Positions 1 through 8,545 are shown, numbered from the stretch's first letter. The stretch is 64,000 nt of DNA from Candidatus Pacearchaeota archaeon (GCA_040879785.1 JBBDJR010000006.1:64410-128409), one strand, 5' to 3'. The notes: a model not told the origin generated them from the letters alone. Numbers and translations are program-made.

Positions 1-37
1 TTAAACACAAAAAATCTTAATCAGCTAAGTCTCTGTG

Positions 38-55
38 CCGACCAAGCTTGGACGG
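38..55 (+). repeat. REP-like imperfect palindrome/hairpin copy 1 (CCGACCA-AGCT-TGGACGG)
   Basis: 3 bp + purine-purine mismatch + 3 bp stem around a 4-nt centre. Same architecture as copies at 159, 412, 8619 and 30395. Confidence 0.6.
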
Positions 56-81
56 TGCAGTGACAAATTTCAAAGAAATTT

Positions 82-94
82 GGCTCCGTAGCTC
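82..94 (+). repeat. Direct copy A of tRNA-Lys nt 1-13 (GGCTCCGTAGCTC)
   Basis: Exact 13-nt match to the 5' end of the intact tRNA starting at 206. Followed by a TTTCCC...GGGAAA hairpin. Confidence 0.8.
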
Positions 95-141
95 TTTCCC
101 AAGTAACGTCGGGAAACGTAGCGAGGAGACGATTGAAACGA

Positions 142-154
142 GGCTCCGTAGCTC
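142..154 (+). repeat. Direct copy B of tRNA-Lys nt 1-13 (GGCTCCGTAGCTC)
   Basis: Exact 13-nt match. Followed by hairpin copy 2 and a GTAGAGGGAG box. Confidence 0.8.
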
Positions 155-158
155 TAAG

Positions 159-176
159 CCGGCCACGCATGGACGG
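159..176 (+). repeat. REP-like hairpin copy 2 (CCGGCCA-CGCA-TGGACGG)
   Basis: Same stem / R-R mismatch / stem layout as the other copies. Confidence 0.6.
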
Positions 177-205
177 TTTTGTAGAGGGAGACTGAACAAA
201 GTGAA

Positions 206-347
206 GGCTCCGTAGCTCAGCCTGGTCAGAGCACTGGACTCTTATGAATAACTTTCTTTAGAAAAGAAAGTTCTGCGCTCAAAGAAACTAATACAGCGCT
301 TCTCAGGAGATATCCAGGTGTCGAGGGTTCAAATCCCTCCGGGGCCA
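206..347 (+). tRNA. tRNA-Lys (anticodon CUU) with a 67-nt intron at canonical 37/38 (intron 245-311)
   Basis: Hand-folded cloverleaf: acceptor GGCUCCG/CGGGGCC, D arm GCUC..GAGC, anticodon stem CUGGA/UCCAG, loop CUCUUAA after intron removal, T arm GAGGG-UUCAAAU-CCCUC, discriminator A. The intron has two internal hairpins, and GGAG near its 3' end can pair with loop CUCU (BHB-like). Confidence 0.85.
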
Positions 348-397
348 TAAGGGGATTTGGGATGTAGTAGGCGTGAGGAACCCGCAGATGGTGCTCA

Positions 398-462
398 TTC
401 AAATCCCTTGGTCGGCCAAGCTTGGACGATCAAGAGTGAACCTGGTGAACTCTCCGGAACCA
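398..462 (+). repeat. Two degenerate direct copies of the tRNA-Lys 3' end (398-418 TTCAAATCCCTTGGTCGGCCA; 450-462 CTCTCCGGAACCA), with hairpin copy 3 at 412-429
   Basis: Compared by eye with the genuine 3' end TTCAAATCCCTCCGGGGCCA (328-347). Confidence 0.6.
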
Positions 463-467
463 TAAAA

Positions 468-953
468 ATGCTAACAAAAAAACAAACATCTATCCTGATA
501 ATATCTGCAATAATTATGGTATTAGGCTCTACTTATCTTATAGGAAATATCACAGGGAACTTCAGCCTATTTGAAAAAAGCGACGAAACACAAACTCTCG
601 AAGAATGCGTTGAAGCCTGCAAAGAAATGCAATCCAAACTATTCAGGATAGTCCCTGAATCTGAAGAGTACGCTCAACAGCTAGAAAAAATAAACAAAAA
701 TAAAGAGCAATGCCTCTCACTAAATGAATTAGAAGAAGAGCCTTTAAGCGAAGAAGAAATTCTTGAAAGTTGTGGATATATCGACGGACAATTAGACAGA
801 AAAGAAAATGACTGTGTCTCTTCAGGCGAAACAATTTACATTGAAGAAAACGAAAGCTGTGAGGAAGGAATTCAGAGATGTTGCTCTGGAAGAGGACTTT
901 GTGGAAAAGACCAACTCAGTATACCGGATCACGTCGTCTGTCTTTCTTATTAA
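468..953 (+). CDS. Small membrane-anchored, Cys-rich acidic protein (hypothetical)
   Basis: ORF 357..953 trimmed to the ATG at 468, because the upstream part is tRNA-flank repeat. N-terminal TM helix ILIISAIIMVLGSTYLIG and a C-terminal Cys cluster. Confidence 0.5.
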   Translation: MLTKKQTSILIISAIIMVLGSTYLIGNITGNFSLFEKSDETQTLEECVEACKEMQSKLFRIVPESEEYAQQLEKINKNKEQCLSLNELEEEPLSEEEILESCGYIDGQLDRKENDCVSSGETIYIEENESCEEGIQRCCSGRGLCGKDQLSIPDHVVCLSY

Positions 954-1206
954 AATAAAGAATAAAACTACTTCTTCAAATTTTTCAGATTCCTTGCCAA
1001 AATTGCCTTCCTCTCAATAGTCCGCGTAACTTTAATCTTTTTATCCAAGGGCACACCAAGCTCTTTATGCAACACCCCTTTTTTTAGATGAAGTTTCTGA
1101 ATCCATTTAACAACAATAATATATAATAAAAGTTACAAATTATAAATTTTTCTAAAACAACACATCAACAAATAAAAAATCAATTCGGGGCAGTATCAAA
1201 CTAAAA

Positions 1207-1473
1207 TCACTTTATCAGCTTCTGAATATTCTCAATTGCATCCGCAGCTTCTTTCCCTTTCTTGGTCAACTTTATAATTTTTATCCGCCCCTTTTTTTCA
1301 AAGTCAACCAGTTTCAAATCCTCAAGGGTCTGCAAAATCTTCACCGCATGGCTATAAGTACAATCAATCTCTTTAGCCAAAATACTACCATACCTCATCC
1401 TCGTATTCTTCTTCAAAGAAACCAGCATCAACGCCGGCTTTCTCCTAAAAAAGATGTCAAAATTATCTTTCAT
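1207..1473 (-). CDS. Small winged-helix transcriptional regulator
   Basis: 88 aa. HTH-like GSILAKEIDCTYSHAVKILQTLEDLKLV followed by the wing KKGRIKIIKLTKKG. Confidence 0.6.
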   Translation of the reverse strand: MKDNFDIFFRRKPALMLVSLKKNTRMRYGSILAKEIDCTYSHAVKILQTLEDLKLVDFEKKGRIKIIKLTKKGKEAADAIENIQKLIK

Positions 1474-1582
1474 TTGGAAAATCTCCGTATTTTACGAATG
1501 TTTAAAAATCTATGATTTGCTTTCATTTGGAAAACCTCTGTGTTTTACGAATGTTTGGAAATTTTATATTTGCTTTCATTTT
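1467..1582 (+). repeat. 53-bp tandem direct repeat, 2.2 copies, spanning the start codon and leader of the wHTH gene
   Basis: Units 1467-1519 and 1520-1572 plus partial 1573-1582. Each carries an ATGAAAG start context on the minus strand. Confidence 0.85.
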
Positions 1583-1768
1583 ATTAGATTATGTATTTTC
1601 TTAGTAGGTTGTTTTTAATGTCTTTTGAAACTATGTTTCGTAATATACATATTAAATAAGTCTTTTTAAATCTTTACATTTATTAATTTTGTAATAGTAA
1701 CACCAATCTAGACAGGATTTTTGTTCTTAAAATTACTAAGATTTATAATCAATTCTTACTCTCTTATA

Positions 1769-2035
1769 ATGTTAATCAAAATGCCAAACAAAAAAACGGC
1801 CGCGATATCCATCCTGCTTCTTAGTCTGGCAATCTACATTTTATTCCCAACCCCTGACGAACTCTTCATCTACCCTAGCCTAGGCCTAATAATCTCCAAT
1901 TTATTTTCCACATCTGTTTTACAAGGACAATTAATCTCTGCAACAATTTACAGAGGAATAGGAATCATAGTATTAATTATGGCAATATTTGTAGGTGGAA
2001 GACCAATTTACAAAAAGTTTAGGTCAAAGATATAA
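1769..2035 (+). CDS. Small multi-TM membrane protein (hypothetical; start uncertain, 1769 or 1781)
   Basis: The hydrophobic ORF 1721..2035 begins with a non-ATG codon; internal ATGs lie at 1769 and 1781. Confidence 0.45.
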   Translation: MLIKMPNKKTAAISILLLSLAIYILFPTPDELFIYPSLGLIISNLFSTSVLQGQLISATIYRGIGIIVLIMAIFVGGRPIYKKFRSKI

Positions 2036-2091
2036 CCTTAAAAATAAACCAATTTCAATAAAAATATAAAAGATATTAATTATATTATAAA

Positions 2092-4443
2092 ATGCCAAAA
2101 AGACCTCAAAAACCAAGAGAGCTAAAAATTGCAGAAGAATTTTTTCCAGCAGACCCTGGGAACATAAAATATTCTGTAGAAAAAAAGTTTAGTCCACTGA
2201 GTCCTTTAATAAATATTGAAGCTAAAAAACCTAGAAAAAAGACTCTCAAGACAAAAAGAGCAATAAAAAAGAAAACTGCAAGAAAAACCAAAAAGACAAC
2301 TAGGAAAAAAGCTACAAAGAAAAGGGCGACAAAAAGAGCAACAGAATTTAAGATTCCAAAAATAAAACTAAAGAAAGATGGTTACGAACTTATCGTAACG
2401 GAGAAACCTCAGGCAGCAGTAAAAATTGCAAACGCCCTCGGAAAATCCACAAAAAGAGTTATCAACGGAGTTTCTTATTATGAAATTGACCGGCCCGGAA
2501 AACAGGAAGGAATAATCGTCGCGTGCGCCGTCGGACACCTCTTCACATTAAAACAGGAAAAACCAAGAGTAAGCGGGCCTGTTTTTGATTTATTATGGGT
2601 TCCAAACCATTATGTAAGAAAAAACGATTTCAGTAAAAAATACCTGGACGTCATGACAAAACTTGCACGAAACGCCGGGGCAGTCACAATAGCGACAGAC
2701 TATGATATAGAAGGAGAGGTTATAGGACTCAATATAATCCGTTTCGCAGCAGGGCAAAAAGACGCCAACAGAATGAAATTCTCAACACTGACAGAAAAAG
2801 AACTTAATGACTCATATGAATCAAAATTAAAGAGCATTGATTGGGGCCAGGCAATTGCAGGAGAGACAAGGCATTTTCTTGACTGGTTTTACGGAATAAA
2901 TCTTTCAAGAGCACTAATGAAATCATTAAAATCTGTAGGAAAATTTAAGTTAATGTCTATAGGAAGAGTCCAGGGTCCCGCATTAAATCTCATAGTCAAA
3001 AAAGAAAAAGAAGTCCAAAAATTCAAACCAAAACCCTATTGGCAAATCTTCATAACACTTGAAGAACCAGAGATAGAACTTATTCACAACAAAGACATTT
3101 TTGATAAATCGGAGCTAAAAAAATTTGAAAACCTAATAGGAAAAACAGGGCAAGCAGAAACAAAAAAGAAAGAAAAAGAAATCCCTCCAAAAATCCCTTT
3201 CAACCTTACAACACTCCAAACAGAATCTTACAGGCTTTTTGGAATAAACCCATCAAAGACTCTCCAGCTCGCTCAAAGCCTTTATCTTAACGGGTTAATT
3301 TCATATCCAAGGACATCAAGCCAGAAACTCCCTCCTTCAATAAACTACAGATCCATTTTAAGCAAAATCGCAAAATCGTACAGAGCGGAAAAATTCATCA
3401 AAAGAGAAAAACCTGTTGAAGGAGAAAAATCCGACCCTGCGCACCCTTCAATATACCCTACAGGCGAAACAGAAAACCTACAATCCCTGTCTGATGACGA
3501 AAAAAAGATTTATGATTTAGTTGCAAGAAGGTTCCTATGCCTTTTCATGGAAAACGCGGTGATTGAAGACAAAAAAATAACAGTAAAAGTTGACGACCTC
3601 GGCTTCTACAAAAAAGGCTCAGAAATAAAAAACAAATCCTGGCTTCAGTTCTACCCTCAAAAAGTTAAGGAAGAAGAAATTCCTGATGTAAATGGAGAGG
3701 TGAAAGTTAAGGACTCAAGAAACGAAGAAAAAGAAACACAGCCTCCAAAAAGATTCACTCCGGCATCACTCGTCTCGGAACTTGAGAAAAGAAATCTCGG
3801 AACAAAGGCAACAAGATCCAATATCCTTGAAACTCTCTATAATAGAGGATACATAAAAGACCAAAGCATCAAACCAACTCCGTTAGGAATGTCCTTAATT
3901 GATACTCTTGAAAAGCACTCCCCTATAATAATTGACGAAAAGTTGACAAGAGAATTTGAAAACCAGATGGAATCTATACGGGAATCAGGAAAGAACAGCG
4001 ACGAAAAAAAGAATAATGTTATCAGCAAAGCAAAAGAAACCATAACCGAAATCTCAAATCAGTTCGACAAAAAACAAGAAACAATAGGCGAAGAAATCTC
4101 AAAAGCGAACGACAAGCTAAGAGAACAGCAAAAAGAAGAAAACAAACTTAATATTTGTCCTGTCTGTAAGAAGGGAAGTCTTGGAATTATGTACTCCAAA
4201 AAAACGAGGAGATATTTTGTTGCCTGCGACGCGTACCCTGACTGCAAAAACACCTACTCCCTGCCACCAAACGGACTAATAAAGAAAACGGACAAAATCT
4301 GCGAAGAATGCGGATTCCCAAAAGTCATGAGGCTGAGCAAAGGACGCCGGCCGTGGGAATTCTGCTTTAACAGAGATTGCCCAACAAACAAGAAGCGGAT
4401 TGAGGAATATAATCGGAGGAAAGCTGAAGAGGTGGAAGAATAG
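2092..4443 (+). CDS. topA: DNA topoisomerase, type IA, with a Lys-rich N-terminal extension and C-terminal zinc ribbons
   Basis: TOPRIM motifs ELIVTEKPQAA and TDYDIEGE, active-site region ISYPRTSSQKL, and two C-terminal Cys4 ribbons (CPVCKK...CDAYPDC and CEECG...CFNRDC). Confidence 0.9.
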   Translation: MPKRPQKPRELKIAEEFFPADPGNIKYSVEKKFSPLSPLINIEAKKPRKKTLKTKRAIKKKTARKTKKTTRKKATKKRATKRATEFKIPKIKLKKDGYELIVTEKPQAAVKIANALGKSTKRVINGVSYYEIDRPGKQEGIIVACAVGHLFTLKQEKPRVSGPVFDLLWVPNHYVRKNDFSKKYLDVMTKLARNAGAVTIATDYDIEGEVIGLNIIRFAAGQKDANRMKFSTLTEKELNDSYESKLKSIDWGQAIAGETRHFLDWFYGINLSRALMKSLKSVGKFKLMSIGRVQGPALNLIVKKEKEVQKFKPKPYWQIFITLEEPEIELIHNKDIFDKSELKKFENLIGKTGQAETKKKEKEIPPKIPFNLTTLQTESYRLFGINPSKTLQLAQSLYLNGLISYPRTSSQKLPPSINYRSILSKIAKSYRAEKFIKREKPVEGEKSDPAHPSIYPTGETENLQSLSDDEKKIYDLVARRFLCLFMENAVIEDKKITVKVDDLGFYKKGSEIKNKSWLQFYPQKVKEEEIPDVNGEVKVKDSRNEEKETQPPKRFTPASLVSELEKRNLGTKATRSNILETLYNRGYIKDQSIKPTPLGMSLIDTLEKHSPIIIDEKLTREFENQMESIRESGKNSDEKKNNVISKAKETITEISNQFDKKQETIGEEISKANDKLREQQKEENKLNICPVCKKGSLGIMYSKKTRRYFVACDAYPDCKNTYSLPPNGLIKKTDKICEECGFPKVMRLSKGRRPWEFCFNRDCPTNKKRIEEYNRRKAEEVEE

Positions 4444-4453
4444 AGAATAATAT

Positions 4454-4846
4454 TTAATCTTTCATCCTTAAATATCTCTCAATTAAACTTCTTGTACTTT
4501 TAGAGATTCTTACTTTGCTATTAGAATTATACCAAGTAACATATTTGACTTCTTTCCTTGGTCTTAAATGCCCGTAGGTTTTAATCAGGAAAACCTTAGC
4601 ATGATTTATAACATATTTTCCTTTATGGTCTTTCCACTTTCTTCCTTTATAACTAAAAAGATATTTTGCATTTTTTGTTTTAAGCCCTGTTTCTTCTCTC
4701 AACTCTCTTATGGCGGCTTTCTTTCTTGTTTCTTTTCCGTCAGCTCCGCCACCTGGAAGAGCAAAAAGCTTTCTCCCTCCAGCAACTACCAAGATTCCTT
4801 TTTCTGATTCTACAATAGCTACCCCTTTTCTTCTTATCCTAGTCAT
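4454..4846 (-). CDS. NUDIX hydrolase
   Basis: Nudix box GGADGKETRKKAAIRELREETGL. Confidence 0.8.
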   Translation of the reverse strand: MTRIRRKGVAIVESEKGILVVAGGRKLFALPGGGADGKETRKKAAIRELREETGLKTKNAKYLFSYKGRKWKDHKGKYVINHAKVFLIKTYGHLRPRKEVKYVTWYNSNSKVRISKSTRSLIERYLRMKD

Positions 4847-5471
4847 TTTTTAGTAAATTTATTGTTTTAGTATACAGCCTTTTACTTTTTGCTTCTCGTC
4901 TATTTAACAACCTTTTAAGCAAAAAATCATATTCATATAATATTCTCTTGTTCTTAATTAAAGTTACTCTAGCAAGAGTATATCTTAAATTAGATTCTCT
5001 TTTTCTGTCCATATATTTCTTAATCTTTTCAAACTTATTTTTTTCTAACTTCATAGCTATAGTGGCATGAGGATGATATTCTCTTATCATCTTAAAAAGT
5101 CCTAGAAAAGAACGAACATCTGTTGAACTTAAAATACAATATGATTTCAATTTATTAATTAAATCTCTCCTAAAACCAATTAATTCCTTACTAGGTTTTA
5201 TTTCTCTATAAACCACTCTTGTTTTACTAAAACTCCCAAAACCAGAAATATTAAATCTAATTAATGGGTGATTTTCACAGACTTGCTTAAAATCTTTCAC
5301 TAGTCTTTTTTGATTAGATGTAGAAAAAGGAGCTACAATTGTAATATGCGGGACAGGTCTTTTTAATTTAGCATTTCCCAATCTAAATTTTTTATCAACC
5401 TCATAAATTAATTTTTTTAAATCCCTTTTAGATTTTCCTTGAAATCTAAATTCTATTAAATAATGTGTCAT
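4839..5471 (-). CDS. 2H phosphoesterase superfamily protein (LigT / 2'-5' RNA ligase-like cyclic phosphodiesterase)
   Basis: Two HxT motifs (PHITIV and HPHATIA) at typical spacing. Overlaps the downstream Nudix gene by 8 nt. Confidence 0.65.
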   Translation of the reverse strand: MTHYLIEFRFQGKSKRDLKKLIYEVDKKFRLGNAKLKRPVPHITIVAPFSTSNQKRLVKDFKQVCENHPLIRFNISGFGSFSKTRVVYREIKPSKELIGFRRDLINKLKSYCILSSTDVRSFLGLFKMIREYHPHATIAMKLEKNKFEKIKKYMDRKRESNLRYTLARVTLIKNKRILYEYDFLLKRLLNRREAKSKRLYTKTINLLKND

Positions 5472-5737
5472 TTTTCATCCTCTTTCATTATCACACCCCA
5501 GATAATAAATAACATTCCCAACAAAATTACTACATAAAAAGCTAACTCTAAAAGACCAAATTTGAAAGCGCCCCCAATCATTAAAGCAATTCCAATATCT
5601 CTTAGAACTTCACCAGATATCTTTCTTCCATTACCTTTACTATATTTAAATGCGTTATATATTGGAAGAGTAACTAAAATTAATGACAAGAGGATAATCA
5701 TCCACATTAGAATACCAAAAATATCATAAATTGTCAT
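5468..5737 (-). CDS. Small membrane protein (hypothetical)
   Basis: 89 aa with 2-3 hydrophobic helices. 4-nt overlap with the 2H gene. Confidence 0.5.
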   Translation of the reverse strand: MTIYDIFGILMWMIILLSLILVTLPIYNAFKYSKGNGRKISGEVLRDIGIALMIGGAFKFGLLELAFYVVILLGMLFIIWGVIMKEDEK

Positions 5738-5743
5738 CCTATT

Positions 5744-6337
5744 TTAATCCTCAAAAATTTCTCTTGGATTATAATTTTCTTGATTTGGTAAACTTACATA
5801 AGGTACTTGCTTAAATCCGTGGAAAAAGGCAACTATATTTTTAGGGAAAGTTTTAATCCTTTGATTATAACTTTGAGCAACCCTGTTATAAGCTAATCTT
5901 GTTTTTCTTAGTCTTGACTCAACTCTTGAAAGATTTCCTTTGCCCATGAAACTTTTATGTAGTGCCTCCGCCTTTAACTTTGGATATTTTTCAAAAACTG
6001 CCTGTAATTTAAAGAAATTATTTTCTATAGCTTCAACATCTTTAACTTTTTTATTAATGTCTGTATCTTTACTCCAGCGACTTCTTGCTTCAATAACTTC
6101 CTTGAGAGTTTTATATTCATGGATGTCATATTTCTTTACAATCTGGGCTAATGCGCTAATCATATCCACTCTTTGTTGCATTACTACATCTATATCAGCA
6201 AACTTTCTACTTGCCCTATTAATCCAGTATTGGAATTTATTATAGATAATAATCCAGCCCTTGGTTAAAGAAATTAGCAAAATTATTACTATTGTAATAA
6301 TTACAAACCATATGATTGTTATTGTTTCTAGTACCAT
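5744..6337 (-). CDS. LemA family membrane protein
   Basis: N-terminal TM followed by LemA-like motifs (QQRVDMISALAQIVKKY, RLAYNRVAQSYNQRIKTFP). Start set at the ATG at 6337. Confidence 0.75.
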   Translation of the reverse strand: MVLETITIIWFVIITIVIILLISLTKGWIIIYNKFQYWINRASRKFADIDVVMQQRVDMISALAQIVKKYDIHEYKTLKEVIEARSRWSKDTDINKKVKDVEAIENNFFKLQAVFEKYPKLKAEALHKSFMGKGNLSRVESRLRKTRLAYNRVAQSYNQRIKTFPKNIVAFFHGFKQVPYVSLPNQENYNPREIFED

Positions 6338-6338
6338 T

Positions 6339-6512
6339 TTAATATTTACCAAAATAATCCTTTTCTTTTAGTTTCTTAGGTTTAACATCTACTTCAAAGT
6401 ATCTAATCATCTGTTTAATTGCTTCTTCTTTAGTTTTTAGATTATTTACCAATTTGTAAACCTCTACTACCCTATCTTCCATTTCTGATAAATTTATTTG
6501 TATTTTTGTCAT
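6339..6512 (-). CDS. 57-aa putative ribbon-helix-helix (CopG-like) protein
   Basis: Hand-translated sORF MTKIQINLSEMEDRVVEVYKLVNNLKTKEEAIKQMIRYFEVDVKPKKLKEKDYFGKY, below the ORF-track cutoff. Its stop lies 1 nt before the LemA ATG. Confidence 0.4.
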   Translation of the reverse strand: MTKIQINLSEMEDRVVEVYKLVNNLKTKEEAIKQMIRYFEVDVKPKKLKEKDYFGKY

Positions 6513-6567
6513 TTTTCATTTTATATCATTATATAACATAGTGATATACAGTAGTATTTAAATCTTT

Positions 6568-7782
6568 CTAAAACCACTTCCCAAGCGTCATTTGGGTTTT
6601 CATCTGTTCAAGAAGCCTGCTTTTCTTAACGATCTTTCCTGTGTCAAAACCAAACTTTATCATCCCGATTTTCTTTGCGCTTTCAATAACTTCCGACATT
6701 TCATTAAACTCAAGTTTCCTGTTGTTAAGTGCCTTTCGAACAGATTCACGAACGACCCAAACGCCAAGAGATGCCCAATAACTCGGAAGCTCGAGCCTTA
6801 TCGCAATAACAGAAGCCTGCTTCTTTTCTTTTTCAAGATACTTAAGAATTGGGAGCCTCGTCGCGTAATACCCTCCGGAAGTATTCGAAGCATAACTCTT
6901 CCTTCCCGAAAAACCCTCGTAGTCCGTCGCGGCCTTTATCTCTTTACTCTGATTCCAAGAACTCCCTGGCAAATAAAGCTCAAAAAGCTCATAACTCCAA
7001 ACATTAGGAAACAACATTATCAAATATGCATTTCCCATAAACTCTCCGAAAAACAATTCATAATTTTCAATCCACCGATATCCTCTAATCTTTTCAGCAA
7101 GGTTCTTCCCAATCATATCATCAGTCGCCGTAATCGACCAGCGAGTAGGAACGAGCTTCTTATCCTTTTTGAGACCAAGAACCCCCACACTCAAAATCTT
7201 ACTCAAAGTATACTCATCAAATTTATTTTTATAAAGATACTCAACACCTTCAGAAGCCTTTAAATCATCATTAACAACTTTGTCAAGTTTCCTCTCAACT
7301 TTCACATTCCCAACAACCCTCGCATTTTTCAAAGGAGCAGCCATCCCCTGATGAGATAAAATCCTGTCTTTCTTAGTCCCTGGACCAATCTTATGCCTAA
7401 GCTCAATCTCCATATCAACCGGCTTTGAAGCCAACGCGATTTCCTTTGCTATTCCCAAAAACCTGTTTTTATCTGATGAAGAAGCCGCACTTTTAACGTT
7501 TGACTTAAACCTTGAATTAAGAAGGCTATCTCTAAGACTCATAACATCCCTTATCCTAAAATTATTCTTCGCCCAATACTTCATGTCATCATAAATCCAC
7601 GCACTCTTATCTTTTTCAAGAGGACTTAAAATCCCGACATTAACATTAGGATATTTCAAACCCGAGCCAACAAAAACACTCGGAGGCGAATTCGTATCAA
7701 GCTCGGAAACCCTGTCCAGATTTTTATACTTAAAATTCACATCTGCTATTTTCTTAATCACTTCAAACCTTATGTCTTTCAT
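6568..7782 (-). CDS. nreA: NreA-like archaeal DNA-repair protein (DUF650/DUF651 type) with a C-terminal PIP-box-like motif
   Basis: N-terminal PPSVFVGSGLKYPNVNVGIL signature. The C-terminus QMTLGKWF fits QxxLxx[FW][FW]. Confidence 0.6.
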   Translation of the reverse strand: MKDIRFEVIKKIADVNFKYKNLDRVSELDTNSPPSVFVGSGLKYPNVNVGILSPLEKDKSAWIYDDMKYWAKNNFRIRDVMSLRDSLLNSRFKSNVKSAASSSDKNRFLGIAKEIALASKPVDMEIELRHKIGPGTKKDRILSHQGMAAPLKNARVVGNVKVERKLDKVVNDDLKASEGVEYLYKNKFDEYTLSKILSVGVLGLKKDKKLVPTRWSITATDDMIGKNLAEKIRGYRWIENYELFFGEFMGNAYLIMLFPNVWSYELFELYLPGSSWNQSKEIKAATDYEGFSGRKSYASNTSGGYYATRLPILKYLEKEKKQASVIAIRLELPSYWASLGVWVVRESVRKALNNRKLEFNEMSEVIESAKKIGMIKFGFDTGKIVKKSRLLEQMKTQMTLGKWF

Positions 7783-7864
7783 GATAGAAAAAAGAAGTTT
7801 TGATTTATATTCTTTAAGAATTACTCAGGAGTTGCTTAGAATCAATTATATAAAATAAAACAGG

Positions 7865-8545
7865 CTAGATTAGAGAGAAGAATTCTTTCTTCTTTCTTTT
7901 GAATGAAGCATAAATATCAGAATTAATAAACTCCTCTCTAAAGATAAGTCTTCGGTAAGAGTTAATGATTCCACTATCGTTTGAGATTAAAGCAGTTTTT
8001 CCTCTAAAAAAACTCAAAATACCTCCTTTAATCAATAAGTCATAATCCGGAAAACTCAACCCGTTGTCAGACATCAAATCCAAATTCCTACGATACATCT
8101 CCTCATGAAATCCCTTTTCATTCTCTTTAATACCCATAATCCTTTTTTGTTTTTTAAGAAGAGAGGTTAACTTTCGGGCTTCTTTTTGACTAGATAAAAA
8201 TCTTCCGTAAAGTTCTCTTTCTTTTTCAGGAACTCCATTAGAATAACCTCTCCCAACTAAACCTCTTGGTTCCCTAGAATTCTCATCATTCCCAGGCCTT
8301 AACTCATTAAGAATCTCCTTTGTTGAGCATAGCTCTCTATAACGCTTAAGGTTTTTTCTAAAAAATACTATGGAGTCTGTTTGAGTGTTATGGGTTTCTA
8401 TCTTTCCTTTCAATCCAGAATAATTTCCATTTGAGTCCAAGTAACTGATCAAAGCACAGGTATCAAGTAAAACAATATCAAAACTTTCACAAATTTCATC
8501 AAGACTCTTAATCTCTCCGTTTCCAACACCCTTCTGCATTCCCAA
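7865..8545 (-). CDS. PIN-like nuclease domain protein with a large insertion (paralog of 59374..60060)
   Basis: FDIVLLDTCALISYL (first Asp), STKEILNEL, PDYDLL, and TALISNDSGII (last acidic motif). Confidence 0.5.
   Translation of the reverse strand: MGMQKGVGNGEIKSLDEICESFDIVLLDTCALISYLDSNGNYSGLKGKIETHNTQTDSIVFFRKNLKRYRELCSTKEILNELRPGNDENSREPRGLVGRGYSNGVPEKERELYGRFLSSQKEARKLTSLLKKQKRIMGIKENEKGFHEEMYRRNLDLMSDNGLSFPDYDLLIKGGILSFFRGKTALISNDSGIINSYRRLIFREEFINSDIYASFKRKKKEFFSLI

Noticed and set aside
968-1106. Small minus-strand ORF (…LHKELGVPLDKKIKVTRTIERKAILARNLKNLKK), possibly joined to an upstream ATG through an A7 run
   Set aside because: The frame from the TTG start is only 34 codons, and the ATG-initiated frame needs a 1-nt shift in the poly-A tract. 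It is too short and too speculative to annotate without comparative or expression data.
1467-1582. CRISPR-like array
   Set aside because: There are only 2.2 directly abutting 53-bp units with no unique spacers. It is a simple tandem duplication. No other CRISPR-like periodic repeat was seen in the window.
6592-7263. 223-aa plus-strand ORF
   Set aside because: It is antisense to the NreA-like gene, with no recognisable motif or start context.
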